Shown: positions 1 through 10,186, counted from the first letter of the stretch. The stretch is 64,000 bases of DNA from an archaeon (GCA_020057405.1 JAGVFW010000003.1:64001-128000), one strand, 5' to 3'. Made by a program: numbers and translations. The notes: generated by a model not told the origin, from the sequence alone.

Positions 1-159
1 AACCACCTTAGCACGCGCGTTGCGGTGCTTGCGCTCCTAAAGGAGCGGAAGAAACTAGAGGAAGGCAACCTCTTTGACGCCAGTGTCAAGGCGAAGGTCG
101 TGCAGGGATTCGACGAGGACGGCGACGGGATTGTGGACGCGGTCGAAGTGCTCGAGTAA
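1..159 (+). CDS. 3' end of a CDS running in from the left edge (hypothetical)
   Basis: Frame 1 is open from base 1 to TAA at 157-159 and reads ...KVVQGFDEDGDGIVDAVEVLE*. Confidence 0.6.
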   Translation, partial: NHLSTRVAVLALLKERKKLEEGNLFDASVKAKVVQGFDEDGDGIVDAVEVLE

Positions 160-207
160 ATAAGGCAATTAAAACGGTTTAGGAAGAATAACTCAGTAGG
201 GAAGAAC

Positions 208-1032
208 GTGCACAAGCAAACAACCGACGTCAAGGAACTCGAGCGCATTGCAAACGACGTCCGCAAGTGGTCAATCAAGATGACTACTGCCGCCAACAGC
301 GGGCATCCGGGCGGCTCACTGTCATCAGCAGACTTTTTCACTGCCCTCTACTTCTCAGTCATGAAGCATGACCCGGCCAAGCCCGATTGGGATGGCCGCG
401 ACAGGTTCATCCTCTCAAACGGCCACATTTGCCCAGCTTGGTATTCAGTGCAGGCGCTCGCGGGCTACTTTCCCGTTGAAGAGTTAATGACTTTCCGCCA
501 GTTTGGCAGTCGCTTGCAGGGCCACCCCACGCGCGGCACGCTTCCCACAATTGAAATCTCTACGGGCTCGCTTGGCCAGGGCTTCTCCGCCGCAGTCGGC
601 TACGCACTTGGCCTCCAGTTGGCGGGCAAGCCGAACAAGGTGTTCGTTAGTGTTGGCGACGGCGAGCTTGAGGAAGGCGCGACCTGGGAAGCGGCAATGG
701 CTGGCAGCCACTACAAGCTAGGCAATCTCATCGCAGTGTGCGACCGAAACGGCCTGCAGCAGAACGGCTCAACTGAAGACTTGATTGGCCTTGAGCCGCT
801 TGCCGGCAAGTACACGGCGTTCGGCTGGCGAGTGGTAGAGGCAGAAGGCAACGACATGGCGAAAGTCCTCGACGCGTTCAAGAAGGCACTCGCACCATCG
901 CAGAAGCCTACGATGATTCTGTTCAAGACGGTTATGGGCAAGGGCGTCAAGTTCATGGAAAACGATCACCAGTGGCACGGAAAGGCCCTGCCGCAAGACA
1001 AGGCGGAAGCAGCACTAAAGGAACTAGGGTGA
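208..1032 (+). CDS. tkt: Transketolase N-terminal (TPP-binding) subunit
   Basis: SGHPGGSLS, DRFILSNGH, LQGHP, GSLGQG and GDGELEEG...N TPP motif. Confidence 0.95.
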   Translation: MHKQTTDVKELERIANDVRKWSIKMTTAANSGHPGGSLSSADFFTALYFSVMKHDPAKPDWDGRDRFILSNGHICPAWYSVQALAGYFPVEELMTFRQFGSRLQGHPTRGTLPTIEISTGSLGQGFSAAVGYALGLQLAGKPNKVFVSVGDGELEEGATWEAAMAGSHYKLGNLIAVCDRNGLQQNGSTEDLIGLEPLAGKYTAFGWRVVEAEGNDMAKVLDAFKKALAPSQKPTMILFKTVMGKGVKFMENDHQWHGKALPQDKAEAALKELG

Positions 1033-1037
1033 AGAAA

Positions 1038-1199
1038 ATGGGAATGAACGAAATGATTTTGTCCTCGGTTGTCGGGCTCGTAATTGGGATTGTATTCGGC
1101 GTTCTCAAGCTCCCGTTGCCAACGCCAGACAAGATTGAAGGAGTCATTGCCGTAATCGCAGTCTTTGCCGGAATGATGTTGGTCAAACAATTCACTTAA
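1038..1199 (+). CDS. Small two-helix membrane protein, XapX/DUF1427-like
   Basis: MGMNEMILSSVVGLVIGIVFGVLKLPLPTP...; the G-x3-G-x2-F-x3-KLPxPxP pattern is typical of XapX domains; it fills the gap between the two tkt genes. Confidence 0.65.
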   Translation: MGMNEMILSSVVGLVIGIVFGVLKLPLPTPDKIEGVIAVIAVFAGMMLVKQFT

Positions 1200-1207
1200 G
1201 TGAAAAC

Positions 1208-2173
1208 ATGGCAGTAAAACTCTCGACTGTTGAAAAGCCTCTTCTTGAGGCAACTCGCGATGGTTTTGGCAGGATGCTTGCTGCGCTTGGCGAGAAGGAC
1301 AGCCGCATCATCGGCCTTAGCGGCGACCTTAACGACAGCACGCGAATTGATTGGCTGAAGGAGAAGCGGCCAAAGCAGTTCGTTCAGGCTGGCATTGCGG
1401 AGCAGAACATGGTTGGCATGGCGGCGGGCCTGTCACTTGCGGGCTTCGTGCCCTTTGCAGCGACTTTCGGGGCATTCACCTTCAGGGCCGCCGACCACAT
1501 TCGCGTCTCAATCGCATTTAGCAACCTGAACGTCAAGATAGTCGCCACCCACTGCGGCGTGACGACGGGAGAAGACGGGGGCAACGCGCAGGTGCTTGAG
1601 GACATCGCCTTCTTCCGCTCGCTCCCGAACTTCACAGTCATTTCCCCCTGCGATTCGCTTGAGGCAGAGAAGGCAACCGAAGTCGCGGCTGGTTTACAAT
1701 CGCCGGTTTACCTGCGCCTTGGGCGCGAGAAAGTCCCGATTATCACTTCAGCAGAGACGCCGTTTTCGCTTGGCAAGGCCGAAGTGTTCCACGATGGTGA
1801 CGACGTAGCCATTATCGCAACTGGCCTCGAAGTGAATGAGGCGATGATTGCGGCTCGCGCGCTTGCCAAGGAAAAAATTAGCGCCCGAATAATCAACATG
1901 CACACGATTAAGCCCATTGACGAAGAGACGATTGTCAAGGCGGCCAAAGAGTGCGGCTGCGTGGTCACTGCAGAAGAGCACCAGGTGACAGGCGGGCTAG
2001 GCGGAGCGGTTGCCGAAGTCTTGGGCCAACGCCAGCCCGTGCCAATGAGATTTGTCGGCGTCCAGAACAGGTTCGGCGAGAGCGGCAAGGGCGCCGAATT
2101 GCTGCATAAGTTCGGATTAACAAGCGAGTTTATTGTCAAGGCGGCGAAGGAATCGGTTAAGGCAAGAAAGTAG
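1208..2173 (+). CDS. tkt: Transketolase C-terminal subunit
   Basis: [25 protein letters not shown] and [10 protein letters not shown] motifs. Confidence 0.95.
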   Translation: MAVKLSTVEKPLLEATRDGFGRMLAALGEKDSRIIGLSGDLNDSTRIDWLKEKRPKQFVQAGIAEQNMVGMAAGLSLAGFVPFAATFGAFTFRAADHIRVSIAFSNLNVKIVATHCGVTTGEDGGNAQVLEDIAFFRSLPNFTVISPCDSLEAEKATEVAAGLQSPVYLRLGREKVPIITSAETPFSLGKAEVFHDGDDVAIIATGLEVNEAMIAARALAKEKISARIINMHTIKPIDEETIVKAAKECGCVVTAEEHQVTGGLGGAVAEVLGQRQPVPMRFVGVQNRFGESGKGAELLHKFGLTSEFIVKAAKESVKARK

Positions 2174-2181
2174 GTAAAAAA

Positions 2182-2826
2182 ATGAAGCTCTTTTTGGACA
2201 CCGCGATTGTCGACGAAGTGCGAGAAGCCGCAAGCTGGGGCATCCTTGGAGGCGTGACGACGAACCCGACGCTCGTGATGAAGAGCGGCAGGAAATTCAA
2301 GGAAGTCGTAATCGAGATTTGCAACCTCGTTGACGGGCCAGTAAGCGCGGAAGTGACTAGCGAGAAGGCTGAGGACATGATGAAAGAGGCACGCGAGTTC
2401 GTCACCTGGCACGAGAACATCGTCGTGAAATTCCCGATGACTGAAGAAGGCATGAAGGCAGTCAGCCAGGCGAGCAAAGAAGGAATCAAGAGCAACGTCA
2501 CACTCGTCTTCACGCCAAACCAGGCCTTGGTTGCCGCGCGTGCCGGCGCGACGATGGTCTCGCCTTTTGTAGGCAGGCTAGATGACATAAAAGAGGACGG
2601 CATGCAGGTCGTGCGCGAAATCGTCGAGATTTTTTGCATCTACGAGATTGAGACTAAAGTGCTTGCCGCGAGCATTCGCCACCCCGAGCACGTGAGGCAG
2701 GCGGCCCTGGCCGGCGCAGACTACTGCACCATGCCGTTTAGCGTGATGAAGGAACTCTTCAAGCATCCGCTCACTGATGCTGGACTAAAGAAGTTTGCAG
2801 AAGACTGGGCAAAGGCGAAGAAGTAG
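2182..2826 (+). CDS. tal: Transaldolase (short TalC/Fsa family)
   Basis: [21 protein letters not shown] (Schiff-base Lys), [20 protein letters not shown]. Confidence 0.93.
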   Translation: MKLFLDTAIVDEVREAASWGILGGVTTNPTLVMKSGRKFKEVVIEICNLVDGPVSAEVTSEKAEDMMKEAREFVTWHENIVVKFPMTEEGMKAVSQASKEGIKSNVTLVFTPNQALVAARAGATMVSPFVGRLDDIKEDGMQVVREIVEIFCIYEIETKVLAASIRHPEHVRQAALAGADYCTMPFSVMKELFKHPLTDAGLKKFAEDWAKAKK

Positions 2827-2828
2827 CT

Positions 2829-3212
2829 TTATTCGGTAGTACGCTCAGTTTCCCACGGGAAAAGGATCCACTGCTTTTTTTTCACGCGGACGTGAAAGTC
2901 GGGAATGAAGGTGGTGTTTTCATGCTTGTAGATTGTGCAGACGAGTGCAGCTTTCTTTGCGGCCTTGCTATTGGACAACGTTTTTCCCGAGTCGGCGATG
3001 TCATCGACCACTAGAGTTGTTGCGCCAACTTTTTTTTCGTCAAGCACTAGCGGCTGCTCAAGTATGTGCGAAAGTTTGACGGCAAGCACGAGGCCACCAC
3101 GAGGAAATCCGTAAATGCCGTCGATTTTCTTGCCACTGCCTCTCACATGGTCAGCTATTTTCAGACAATCGTTATCGAATTTTCTCCACGTCAAACGCTC
3201 GAGTTTTGGCAT
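2829..3212 (-). CDS. Type I phosphoribosyltransferase (purine PRTase-like)
   Basis: PRGG loop, PRPP-binding LVVDDIADSGKT, C-terminal WILFPWE. Confidence 0.85.
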   Translation of the reverse strand: MPKLERLTWRKFDNDCLKIADHVRGSGKKIDGIYGFPRGGLVLAVKLSHILEQPLVLDEKKVGATTLVVDDIADSGKTLSNSKAAKKAALVCTIYKHENTTFIPDFHVRVKKKQWILFPWETERTTE

Positions 3213-3218
3213 CTAAAA

Positions 3219-3923
3219 TCATACCCCCAACTTGTAGTAGAGCCGCTTGTTTTTTGCGCCCTTGTTGTCAAGCTTGATGACAACGATTCGGCCGATTTCG
3301 TTCAAATTGTGCACGTGCGGCCCGCCGTCGGCCTGGATGTCGACGCCCGGAATCTCGACAATGCGCAGAATTGGGATGTTCGGGGGCAGGACGTTGGCGA
3401 GCTTCACCATTTCTGGAATGGCTAGTGCCTGTTCTCGTGGCATTTCGGAGATTTTGAGTTCAACATCTTGGGCAAGGGCGGCGTTGGCCTCTCCGATTAT
3501 CGCGTCCAAGACCGACCGGTCAAATTCTTCCATTGACAAGTCAACGCGCGTCTCGTCAGGCCCTACTTGGTTGCCTGTGATTTTGTAGCCTTTGCCAAAC
3601 GCGATTGAGCCGAGTACGTGGAGAGAAGTGTGCATGCAGATGAGGGCGTAGCGGCGGGGCCAGTCGATTTCGCAGCGGACTTCGTCGCCGGTTGTCAGAC
3701 CCTCGCGGTCGACGGTGTGCAGCACACGGCCGCTGTCCTTTCGCACTTCGGTGACGGCGAACTTCTCGTTCGCCTTTTCAATCACCCCGAAGTCGCAGGG
3801 GACGCCCCCTCCGGTTGGGTAAAAGACAGTCTTGTCGAGCTCCACGCGGTTGCCGAAAACTGCAACGACTTTGGCGGTGCATTCTTTCTGGTAGGAGTCC
3901 TTGAGGCACAATAGTTCAGTCAA
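3219..3923 (-). CDS. alaX: Alanyl-tRNA editing protein AlaX (AlaXM type)
   Basis: LDKTVFYPTGGG, HTSLH (HxxxH) and QADGGPH zinc-site motifs. Confidence 0.9.
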   Translation of the reverse strand: MTELLCLKDSYQKECTAKVVAVFGNRVELDKTVFYPTGGGVPCDFGVIEKANEKFAVTEVRKDSGRVLHTVDREGLTTGDEVRCEIDWPRRYALICMHTSLHVLGSIAFGKGYKITGNQVGPDETRVDLSMEEFDRSVLDAIIGEANAALAQDVELKISEMPREQALAIPEMVKLANVLPPNIPILRIVEIPGVDIQADGGPHVHNLNEIGRIVVIKLDNKGAKNKRLYYKLGV

Positions 3924-3925
3924 GC

Positions 3926-5557
3926 TTAGTGGCCACCGTATTTCTTGTCCATTTCCGCAAGCTTTTTGTCGATTTTCTTTTCCGACTCGAGGCGCTCGAG
4001 GGTCGGCGAGGCCGAGTGGTCGACGAAAGTCATGTAATTGGCAAAGGCGGGGTGAACTTTTCCGATTTCGGCGTGCATTTTCTGGGCCATGCGACGGTAA
4101 TCGGGATGGCCCTGCGGAGTCGAGCGCAGTTCAAGCAGGTGGAATGCCTCGCGGAGGTTCAGGTCGGCGTACCAGCGCACGCGGTAGGCCATTGGCACGG
4201 CGTACTGGGCTTCTGATGCATGTGACTTGACAATCTCGTCGTAAGCGTTTGCGGCAACGGCCATGCAATCGTTGAATTCCGCGTCGAAGCCTGCGTCGAC
4301 GAGTTCTGACGGCAGGTCGTAGCCAAGGCGAGTGGTTAGCTCCTGACGCTCTTGGGTGAGCATGCGATGGCGCTGGAGGTCGCGGTAGGCGCCGTAGTTG
4401 CAGCAGAGGTCGAAAGTGTAGCGCGGGAGCTCGAAGGCTCGGCCGGGTTTGTTGCGGCGGTTGGCGCGCTCGCCAACGTAAGTCTTGATTACGGTTGCGC
4501 GCTCGTGGGCCGGCATTGCAGCAGCCTTTTGCCGCAAGTCTGCCATTGAATCATGCGAGTGGGGGTAGAGGGCTGCTGCGATAATGCGCTCTTCGGCGTT
4601 GGCATCGTAGTCGATGAGGGTGACTTCCTTTGAGAATGACGCCGCCGCCTTGTTTTGCTTTGCCGCGTGGCGCAGGTTCCGCCGGATTGCCTTCCAGTAC
4701 GCCTGCTGCTGGACGCCGTAGGCGTTGTTCGCGCGCTTGACGAAAGACGGGATTACTTTTGCGAGTTCCTCGTTCATTGCGCCTGAAATGTTTCTGATTT
4801 CCGCCAGGTCGCTTGAATACATTTTAGTGAGCAGGTACTCAAATGACCTGCCGTTGCCGTAAATGCCGGTATTCGTGATTGTCGAGGCCGGCAGCAGGCC
4901 GCGAAGCAAGTCGCAGGTCTTCGCGCGGACGGTAGACTTGTACGCCCTGTCGCTGACTTCAGTTTCTTGCGGGAAGCGCTCGATGACGTAGGCGCTGACT
5001 TTTGGAATGAGTTTTGCGTAGGTGCTGAAGAGTTTTTCGCAAGTTGCGACGTAGAGGTCGGCCTGGTGTGACGCCATTAGCGTTGGCTCGCGCAGGTAAA
5101 GGTACTCGCCGTTGACTTTCTCGTCGAAGTAGACGTAGCGCGTTGACTTCTCAAGCGGGCTTAGTCCGATGCGGCTGTCCTGGAGTGCTTTCGTTGCAAT
5201 GTTGCTTACTTGCTCGCAGGCAATGTGGACTCCCGCGAGTTCAGCGACACTATCATCGCCGTAGCCGACGAGGACTCTATCGTAGAATTCCTCTGCTTTC
5301 TTGATGGCAACGACGTCGGAGACGCCCCGCTCTTGCTGGTGGCCGACGATTGCCTCAAAGCCCATTTCGGGCGCGTTGATGAATTCGTCTAGAAGGACAC
5401 GGCGGAGGCTCTTTGCGGTGCGCGAGTAGCGGGAGAAGAGGGCGCCCTTGACGACTTCGGGGAGGTTCTTGAGGGCGAAGATGGGCTTGTCGAGGTTGGT
5501 GAAGAAGGGCGCTAGGATTTTTTCTTCTTCGGGGGTGAACTCGGTCATGTTTTTCAC
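3926..5557 (-). CDS. thyX: Flavin-dependent thymidylate synthase, long two-domain form
   Basis: GYGDDSVAEL, EKSTRY, RDLQRHR and ELRSTPQGHPDYR motifs; 543 aa. Confidence 0.9.
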   Translation of the reverse strand: MKNMTEFTPEEEKILAPFFTNLDKPIFALKNLPEVVKGALFSRYSRTAKSLRRVLLDEFINAPEMGFEAIVGHQQERGVSDVVAIKKAEEFYDRVLVGYGDDSVAELAGVHIACEQVSNIATKALQDSRIGLSPLEKSTRYVYFDEKVNGEYLYLREPTLMASHQADLYVATCEKLFSTYAKLIPKVSAYVIERFPQETEVSDRAYKSTVRAKTCDLLRGLLPASTITNTGIYGNGRSFEYLLTKMYSSDLAEIRNISGAMNEELAKVIPSFVKRANNAYGVQQQAYWKAIRRNLRHAAKQNKAAASFSKEVTLIDYDANAEERIIAAALYPHSHDSMADLRQKAAAMPAHERATVIKTYVGERANRRNKPGRAFELPRYTFDLCCNYGAYRDLQRHRMLTQERQELTTRLGYDLPSELVDAGFDAEFNDCMAVAANAYDEIVKSHASEAQYAVPMAYRVRWYADLNLREAFHLLELRSTPQGHPDYRRMAQKMHAEIGKVHPAFANYMTFVDHSASPTLERLESEKKIDKKLAEMDKKYGGH

Positions 5558-6060
5558 ACGTTTTCCTTGTGGTGGATGCCCTTGTAGAGTTCCGCGGCGT
5601 GGTCGTCGAGGGTGACGAACATGAGTTGAGTGATTTTAGCGTTTTTCTTTAGAGTCAGGCCCGCAGGGTTCATCACGGCCAGCATATTCTCGCTCCTGCC
5701 CGAATACCCCGGGTCCCAAAAACCTATTTGCACGGCTGCGCCGCAGCGGGTGAGTGAGGAGCGCGAGGAGTTGAAGGCGCAGAGGTCAGACGGCAGGGAG
5801 ACGATTTCATTGTAGCGCACTTTATAGGCGCCCGGCTTGAGGAATACCTTGTCGGATGCGTCAAACGGGAGTTCCTCTACTTCAGAGAGCTTGCGCTCCG
5901 CATTGTCAAAGTCGATTGTGCCGCCGTCCTTGAAGGCAAAGACTTTCTGCAGCGTCAGATCGAAGCTGGCGGGCTGGAGTTGCTGCTCGAGGTCGACGTA
6001 GTCGGTAAAGAGCTTCTGTTCCTTGATGCGGCGCAAGAGCTCTGACTTTTGAAGAATCAC
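5554..6060 (-). CDS. dUTPase / dCTP deaminase family protein (probably dUTPase)
   Basis: QLQPASFDLT, RSSLTRCG, WDPGYSGR; overlaps the thyX start. Confidence 0.85.
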   Translation of the reverse strand: MILQKSELLRRIKEQKLFTDYVDLEQQLQPASFDLTLQKVFAFKDGGTIDFDNAERKLSEVEELPFDASDKVFLKPGAYKVRYNEIVSLPSDLCAFNSSRSSLTRCGAAVQIGFWDPGYSGRSENMLAVMNPAGLTLKKNAKITQLMFVTLDDHAAELYKGIHHKENV

Positions 6061-6126
6061 TTAAATCCCACCGCAAGTAGATTGGGGGAAAAGGTTTTAT
6101 TGGCTGCGGGAAAGGGAGTTAACGGC

Positions 6127-9069
6127 TTAGCGTGGGACGATGACGTTGTGCATTCCAAGCGCCCAGGCGGGCGAGCCGGGTTGCAGGGTGTAGTCGTCGG
6201 CACTCGGGTTGGTGAAGAGCGGGTCGGCGATTACCGAGTCGGCGTCATAGCCAAACGCGTTCCACTGGGCCCAGGTGTAATGGCCGTTGGCTCCGCCGTG
6301 CCATGATGCTTCGGGATCGAGAACCGACACAGTGCCGCCGCCGTTCCAAATCAGGTTCTTGCTAAAGCGCGTGTTTGCAGTGCCGACAATGTGGCGCACC
6401 CAATAGAGGTTGGCAGTCGGGTGTCCCGGGTAGTAGACGATGTTGCGCTCAAAGCGGTTGTTTTCGTAGACCGTATTGTTCGCCATTGTCGCGGGGTTGG
6501 GCGCGTTTACCAAAAGCGGGTAATGCGAATAGTATTTTGCGGTGTCGAATCCCCAGCCGGTCATGTTTTGCAGTTCATTCCACATGCCAATGTAGTAAAC
6601 GAAAATGCTCGGCGGGCCCCACTCGCCTTGTGCGTACATGCCGTCGTAGATTCCCTCGACACCGATGTTGTCGTGGATGTAGTTGTCGCGGCCGGCGTGG
6701 ATTTGCGCGAACCCTGAGCCCGTCCTTGCGACGACGTTGTCGTTGATTTCAAATTCGCTTGAAAAGTCATCCGGGTAGATGCCCCAGCTGAAGCCCGGGT
6801 ATTGATAGGTGTTGGTTTGGCTCTTGTACTCGTAGCCGCCCAGGTCGTGGATGAAATTGTGGCGGACGGTGGTGTTGCGGTAGAGCCAGCTGCGGGAGAG
6901 AAATCCGATGCCGCCGGTGTCCTGCGTCTCGCGGTTGAGGTTGTAGACGTGGTTCCACTCGATTACGTTGTCGTTGCCCTGGCCGCCTATTGCAATTCTA
7001 GGCGTGTCGCGTATGGTGTTGTTGGCAATCACGATGCCGACTGCGCGGTAACTGATGGCGGCAGTTGCCTTGTTCAGCGTGCCGGTGTTGTAAATCGAGT
7101 TTCTCAATATACGGTAGTTGCCGGGGGTGAGGGTCTTGAAGTGGTACGCCTCTTGCGAACGGTCCTGGCCAGGCAGCCATGTGCCCCAACCGCTTTGCAA
7201 GTCTATGGCTGAACCGCCAGTGTCGTGAATAGTGTTGTCGGTAAACTCAAGGTTGTAGAAGTTAGTGTCCTGGCTCGGGTCGGAATAGGCTTCGATGCCC
7301 TTGCCGGTCAGGAAGGGCCCGCCGTTTGGCCGCGAGTTTTCGTTGTTGGCAATGTTGCGAATTTCGCTGTTGCGGATTGTGATGTCGTGGGCGTTCTTGA
7401 TTGTGAAGCCCTGGGCGCGGAATTCTTCTAGGGTGAGGCCGTTGAATTCGAGGTGGTGCGTGCCGGTGTCGACGAAAATACCCAGCGTTGTTGACGGCAC
7501 TGAGGCGCGGTCGTTTGTTGAATAAGCCGACGGCGGATAGACGTAGAGCTTTTGTACAGTGCTGTCGTAGAACCACTCACCTGGAACGTCAAGCGCTGCT
7601 CGCACGTGCTGGATGTAGAAGCGGTTGCCTTTGAGGATCGTGTAAGATGCGCCGGTGCCCCACTCAAGCAACCTAAGCGAGCCGTTTGAAGAGTCAACGC
7701 GCTCTAGCTTGCCAATGCCGTTCCAGTAGTTGGGGCCAGTGTAAATCACAAGCTGGCTGTTCTGCATTTGCCACGAGCTGGAGTCAAAAGCGTTTGGCTG
7801 GAACAGCACGAGCTTGTCGCTGATGTTGGTTGAGGCGCTTGCTAGCACGAAAGAGCCTGCCCACGGGTCTGTTTGACCGAAGTTTGGAGTAACGGCGTTT
7901 GGATAGCGCGCGGGTTCGAGAAGTTTTCCGTTCCAGAAGAGAACTAGCTGGCCGTTGGTGAAAACTGACGGTGCGACTGTAGCCTCGTAAACGTTCGATT
8001 GAGAGGACGGACTGAATGCAGTGATTGAATTGCTTCCGCGAAGGATTGGCGTTTCGCCGTAGTAGTTGCGCCAAATTATGCGGTAGCCGCTCTTGCCCGA
8101 GTCAGTTGCGGCGTAGAGGCTCAGTTGGCTTGCGAGATTGTAGGCGCCGCCTCGCAGAAATATGACGACGTTTTTCGTCATTCCTGAGGTGATGTTGGTG
8201 CGGACGGTAGTTTGGGCTTTTGAGAGTGTTAGGAAGGGTGCGGTTAGGGTGCCGGGGTTGGTGTCGCTGCCGTTTGTTGCAACGTAGAAGAATACGGTTG
8301 AGTCGCAGGCATCCCCAACGCCATTGCCGTCGGCGTCCCATTGGTTTGCGTTGGAGGTTGTGGGGCAGTTGTCGAGTGAGTCGGGGATGCCGTCGCCATC
8401 GGAATCGGGCAAGGGCGTTGGAGTTGGCGTTGGGGAACCATTCGGGGTTGGTGTCGGAGAACCGTTTGGAGTTGGCGATGGCGTGGGAGTGCCGCTTGGT
8501 GTCGGGGTGGGCGAACCCTGCGGTCCTGGAGTCGGCGTTGCCGTCGGTAGAGGAGTCGGCGAGGGCCTTGGCGTGACTATGGGTTCGGTTGAGTTAACGC
8601 AATTGGTTGCATCGACAATTTGCGCACCGCTGCACGCTGCGACGCACTCGTTAAAGTAAGTCCGACCGTCATTGCCGCAGACCGGCGTGTAGACGCTTGG
8701 GCAAGCGCAGGGGTCGGGCGTAGGCGTTGCCGTCGGCACCGGAGTCGGCTGGACTGAAGGCATTGGCGTGGGCGATGGGCTGGGCGTGACGATTGGCGTT
8801 GAGAACATATCGACTCCACGCAAGCCGAATAAGCTTTCGCCCAGCTCGCGAATTTTGGCCGCAACTTTCTCTTGCGCGCCGACCACGTGCTCAGCAGCGG
8901 TGACGACGGGAGTGTATTCGGCTTGCGTTGGCGGGGACGAGACGACGAAAAACGAGCCAGCCATTACAACGTAAGCGAGAACGGCGATTAGGAAAACGAT
9001 TGTAAACGCGGATGAAACGCCTTCGCCGAGCTTGCCTTTGATTGCAGCCAGCTCTTCCCCCAAGTTCAC
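6127..9069 (-). CDS. Membrane-anchored surface protein: TM helix, PT linkers, Kazal-like domain, TSP3-like repeat, right-handed beta-helix (lyase/hydrolase-like) domain
   Basis: CACPSVYTPVCGNDGRTYFNECVAAC (Kazal), DSDGDGIPDSLDNCP...DADGNGVGDACD (TSP3), FYVATNGSD...APFLT, LDVPGEWFYD, DTGGI, IYPDDFS, DPLF...DYTL. Confidence 0.8.
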   Translation of the reverse strand: MNLGEELAAIKGKLGEGVSSAFTIVFLIAVLAYVVMAGSFFVVSSPPTQAEYTPVVTAAEHVVGAQEKVAAKIRELGESLFGLRGVDMFSTPIVTPSPSPTPMPSVQPTPVPTATPTPDPCACPSVYTPVCGNDGRTYFNECVAACSGAQIVDATNCVNSTEPIVTPRPSPTPLPTATPTPGPQGSPTPTPSGTPTPSPTPNGSPTPTPNGSPTPTPTPLPDSDGDGIPDSLDNCPTTSNANQWDADGNGVGDACDSTVFFYVATNGSDTNPGTLTAPFLTLSKAQTTVRTNITSGMTKNVVIFLRGGAYNLASQLSLYAATDSGKSGYRIIWRNYYGETPILRGSNSITAFSPSSQSNVYEATVAPSVFTNGQLVLFWNGKLLEPARYPNAVTPNFGQTDPWAGSFVLASASTNISDKLVLFQPNAFDSSSWQMQNSQLVIYTGPNYWNGIGKLERVDSSNGSLRLLEWGTGASYTILKGNRFYIQHVRAALDVPGEWFYDSTVQKLYVYPPSAYSTNDRASVPSTTLGIFVDTGTHHLEFNGLTLEEFRAQGFTIKNAHDITIRNSEIRNIANNENSRPNGGPFLTGKGIEAYSDPSQDTNFYNLEFTDNTIHDTGGSAIDLQSGWGTWLPGQDRSQEAYHFKTLTPGNYRILRNSIYNTGTLNKATAAISYRAVGIVIANNTIRDTPRIAIGGQGNDNVIEWNHVYNLNRETQDTGGIGFLSRSWLYRNTTVRHNFIHDLGGYEYKSQTNTYQYPGFSWGIYPDDFSSEFEINDNVVARTGSGFAQIHAGRDNYIHDNIGVEGIYDGMYAQGEWGPPSIFVYYIGMWNELQNMTGWGFDTAKYYSHYPLLVNAPNPATMANNTVYENNRFERNIVYYPGHPTANLYWVRHIVGTANTRFSKNLIWNGGGTVSVLDPEASWHGGANGHYTWAQWNAFGYDADSVIADPLFTNPSADDYTLQPGSPAWALGMHNVIVPR

Positions 9070-9112
9070 CTAGGAGTAACGCAAGCGGAATTTAAGAAAT
9101 GAATGGCCAGCA

Positions 9113-10060
9113 TTAACGCGCCGCAAGAGGCTTGGCGAAATCCTTGCTTACTGAGGCCAGGTATTCCTCGATGTTCTTTCGCGTAGTCACCCACGCCCTG
9201 CCGCGCTTGAGTGCGTTGAGCCGGCCTTTCCTTGCAAGGAGGCTTAGGTATTCCTGGCTGTAGGGAGTGAGCTTTGCGGCATCTGAGAGTGAAATGAGGC
9301 CGGTTTTTTCGGATGGCTTTTCCAGGACTTCAAGGTAGAGGTCAAGCGAGCGTTCCACACTCCTTGCAACCAGTTCAACAAATGATCCGAAGGTTCCCGT
9401 GCGGGCGGCGTCAAGCGAAGAGTAGTAGCGGGGCCGATCGCCCTTTAGGATAACCGCGGGGGGAAAGCCGTGACGCATTAGAAAGAGGTTCGTCAGCAAC
9501 CGGGCCGTTCGGCCGTTGCCGTCAACGAACGGGTGGATGTCAACTAGCTTGAAGTGCGCGAGGGCCGCGAATTCAACTGATTCAAGCAAGCCGCGGGGCT
9601 CGGCCTTCAAAAACTTGACGAACTCCGTCATCAAGTGCGGCACTTTTTCGGGCGAGGGCGGAGTAAACTCCGAGCCCGTGATGCGTACGCGCTCGCGGCG
9701 GTAAAATCCGGCTCCGTGCGGGTCGATGCGGTCAAGCACGAGCGCGTGAATCTCAAGCACGTCAGCCTCGGAAATGCTCTTTTTCTTGAGCAGGCCATTG
9801 ACGAAGTCTATCGCGGCCTTATGGTTCGTCACTTCCAAGTGCTCGCGCATGCTCTTGCCCCCCACCGTAATGCCATCCCTAAGTACCAGCATCGTCTCGC
9901 GCAAAGTAAGCGAATTGCCTTCAATCGCGTTGGAATGGTAAGTCCACTCTAGCTCGAACCTCTCGCGAAGCTTTTCGAGCGACGCCGGAGGAATCGGCCT
10001 CAGCGCGTCAAGCCTCCGCCGCTTCTCCAAAATCCGCCCGGCAAGAACTGCTGGAATCAT
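9113..10060 (-). CDS. Fic family protein with C-terminal helix-turn-helix
   Basis: HPFVDGNGRTAR catalytic motif, SNAIEGN inhibitory motif, C-terminal ISLSDAAKLTPYSQEYLSLLARKGRL HTH. Confidence 0.92.
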   Translation of the reverse strand: MIPAVLAGRILEKRRRLDALRPIPPASLEKLRERFELEWTYHSNAIEGNSLTLRETMLVLRDGITVGGKSMREHLEVTNHKAAIDFVNGLLKKKSISEADVLEIHALVLDRIDPHGAGFYRRERVRITGSEFTPPSPEKVPHLMTEFVKFLKAEPRGLLESVEFAALAHFKLVDIHPFVDGNGRTARLLTNLFLMRHGFPPAVILKGDRPRYYSSLDAARTGTFGSFVELVARSVERSLDLYLEVLEKPSEKTGLISLSDAAKLTPYSQEYLSLLARKGRLNALKRGRAWVTTRKNIEEYLASVSKDFAKPLAAR

Positions 10061-10078
10061 AACAACAATTAGACGATA

Positions 10079-10131
10079 CCGATATTTAAGCCTATCCGAT
10101 AATTAAAGTATCGGAATGCGCGAAGTATCGG
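10079..10131. promoter_or_regulatory. Candidate operator of the Fic-HTH gene: four CCGATA/TATCGG half-sites
   Basis: CCGATA at 10079 and 10096, TATCGG at 10109 and 10126, arranged symmetrically over the AT-rich promoter. Confidence 0.5.
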
Positions 10132-10186
10132 ATATGCCCCACGCGAGCCGTTGCTTCAGGTAAACTGCTCAAAAACTCGGGGCCCG

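Noticed and set aside
8400-8800. PTPTP-coding stretches here and at 21.0-21.4, 29.5, 31, 33.8-35.3 and 38.6-38.7 kb as DNA tandem repeats
   Set aside because: Third codon positions vary, so the repetition is explained by protein linkers.
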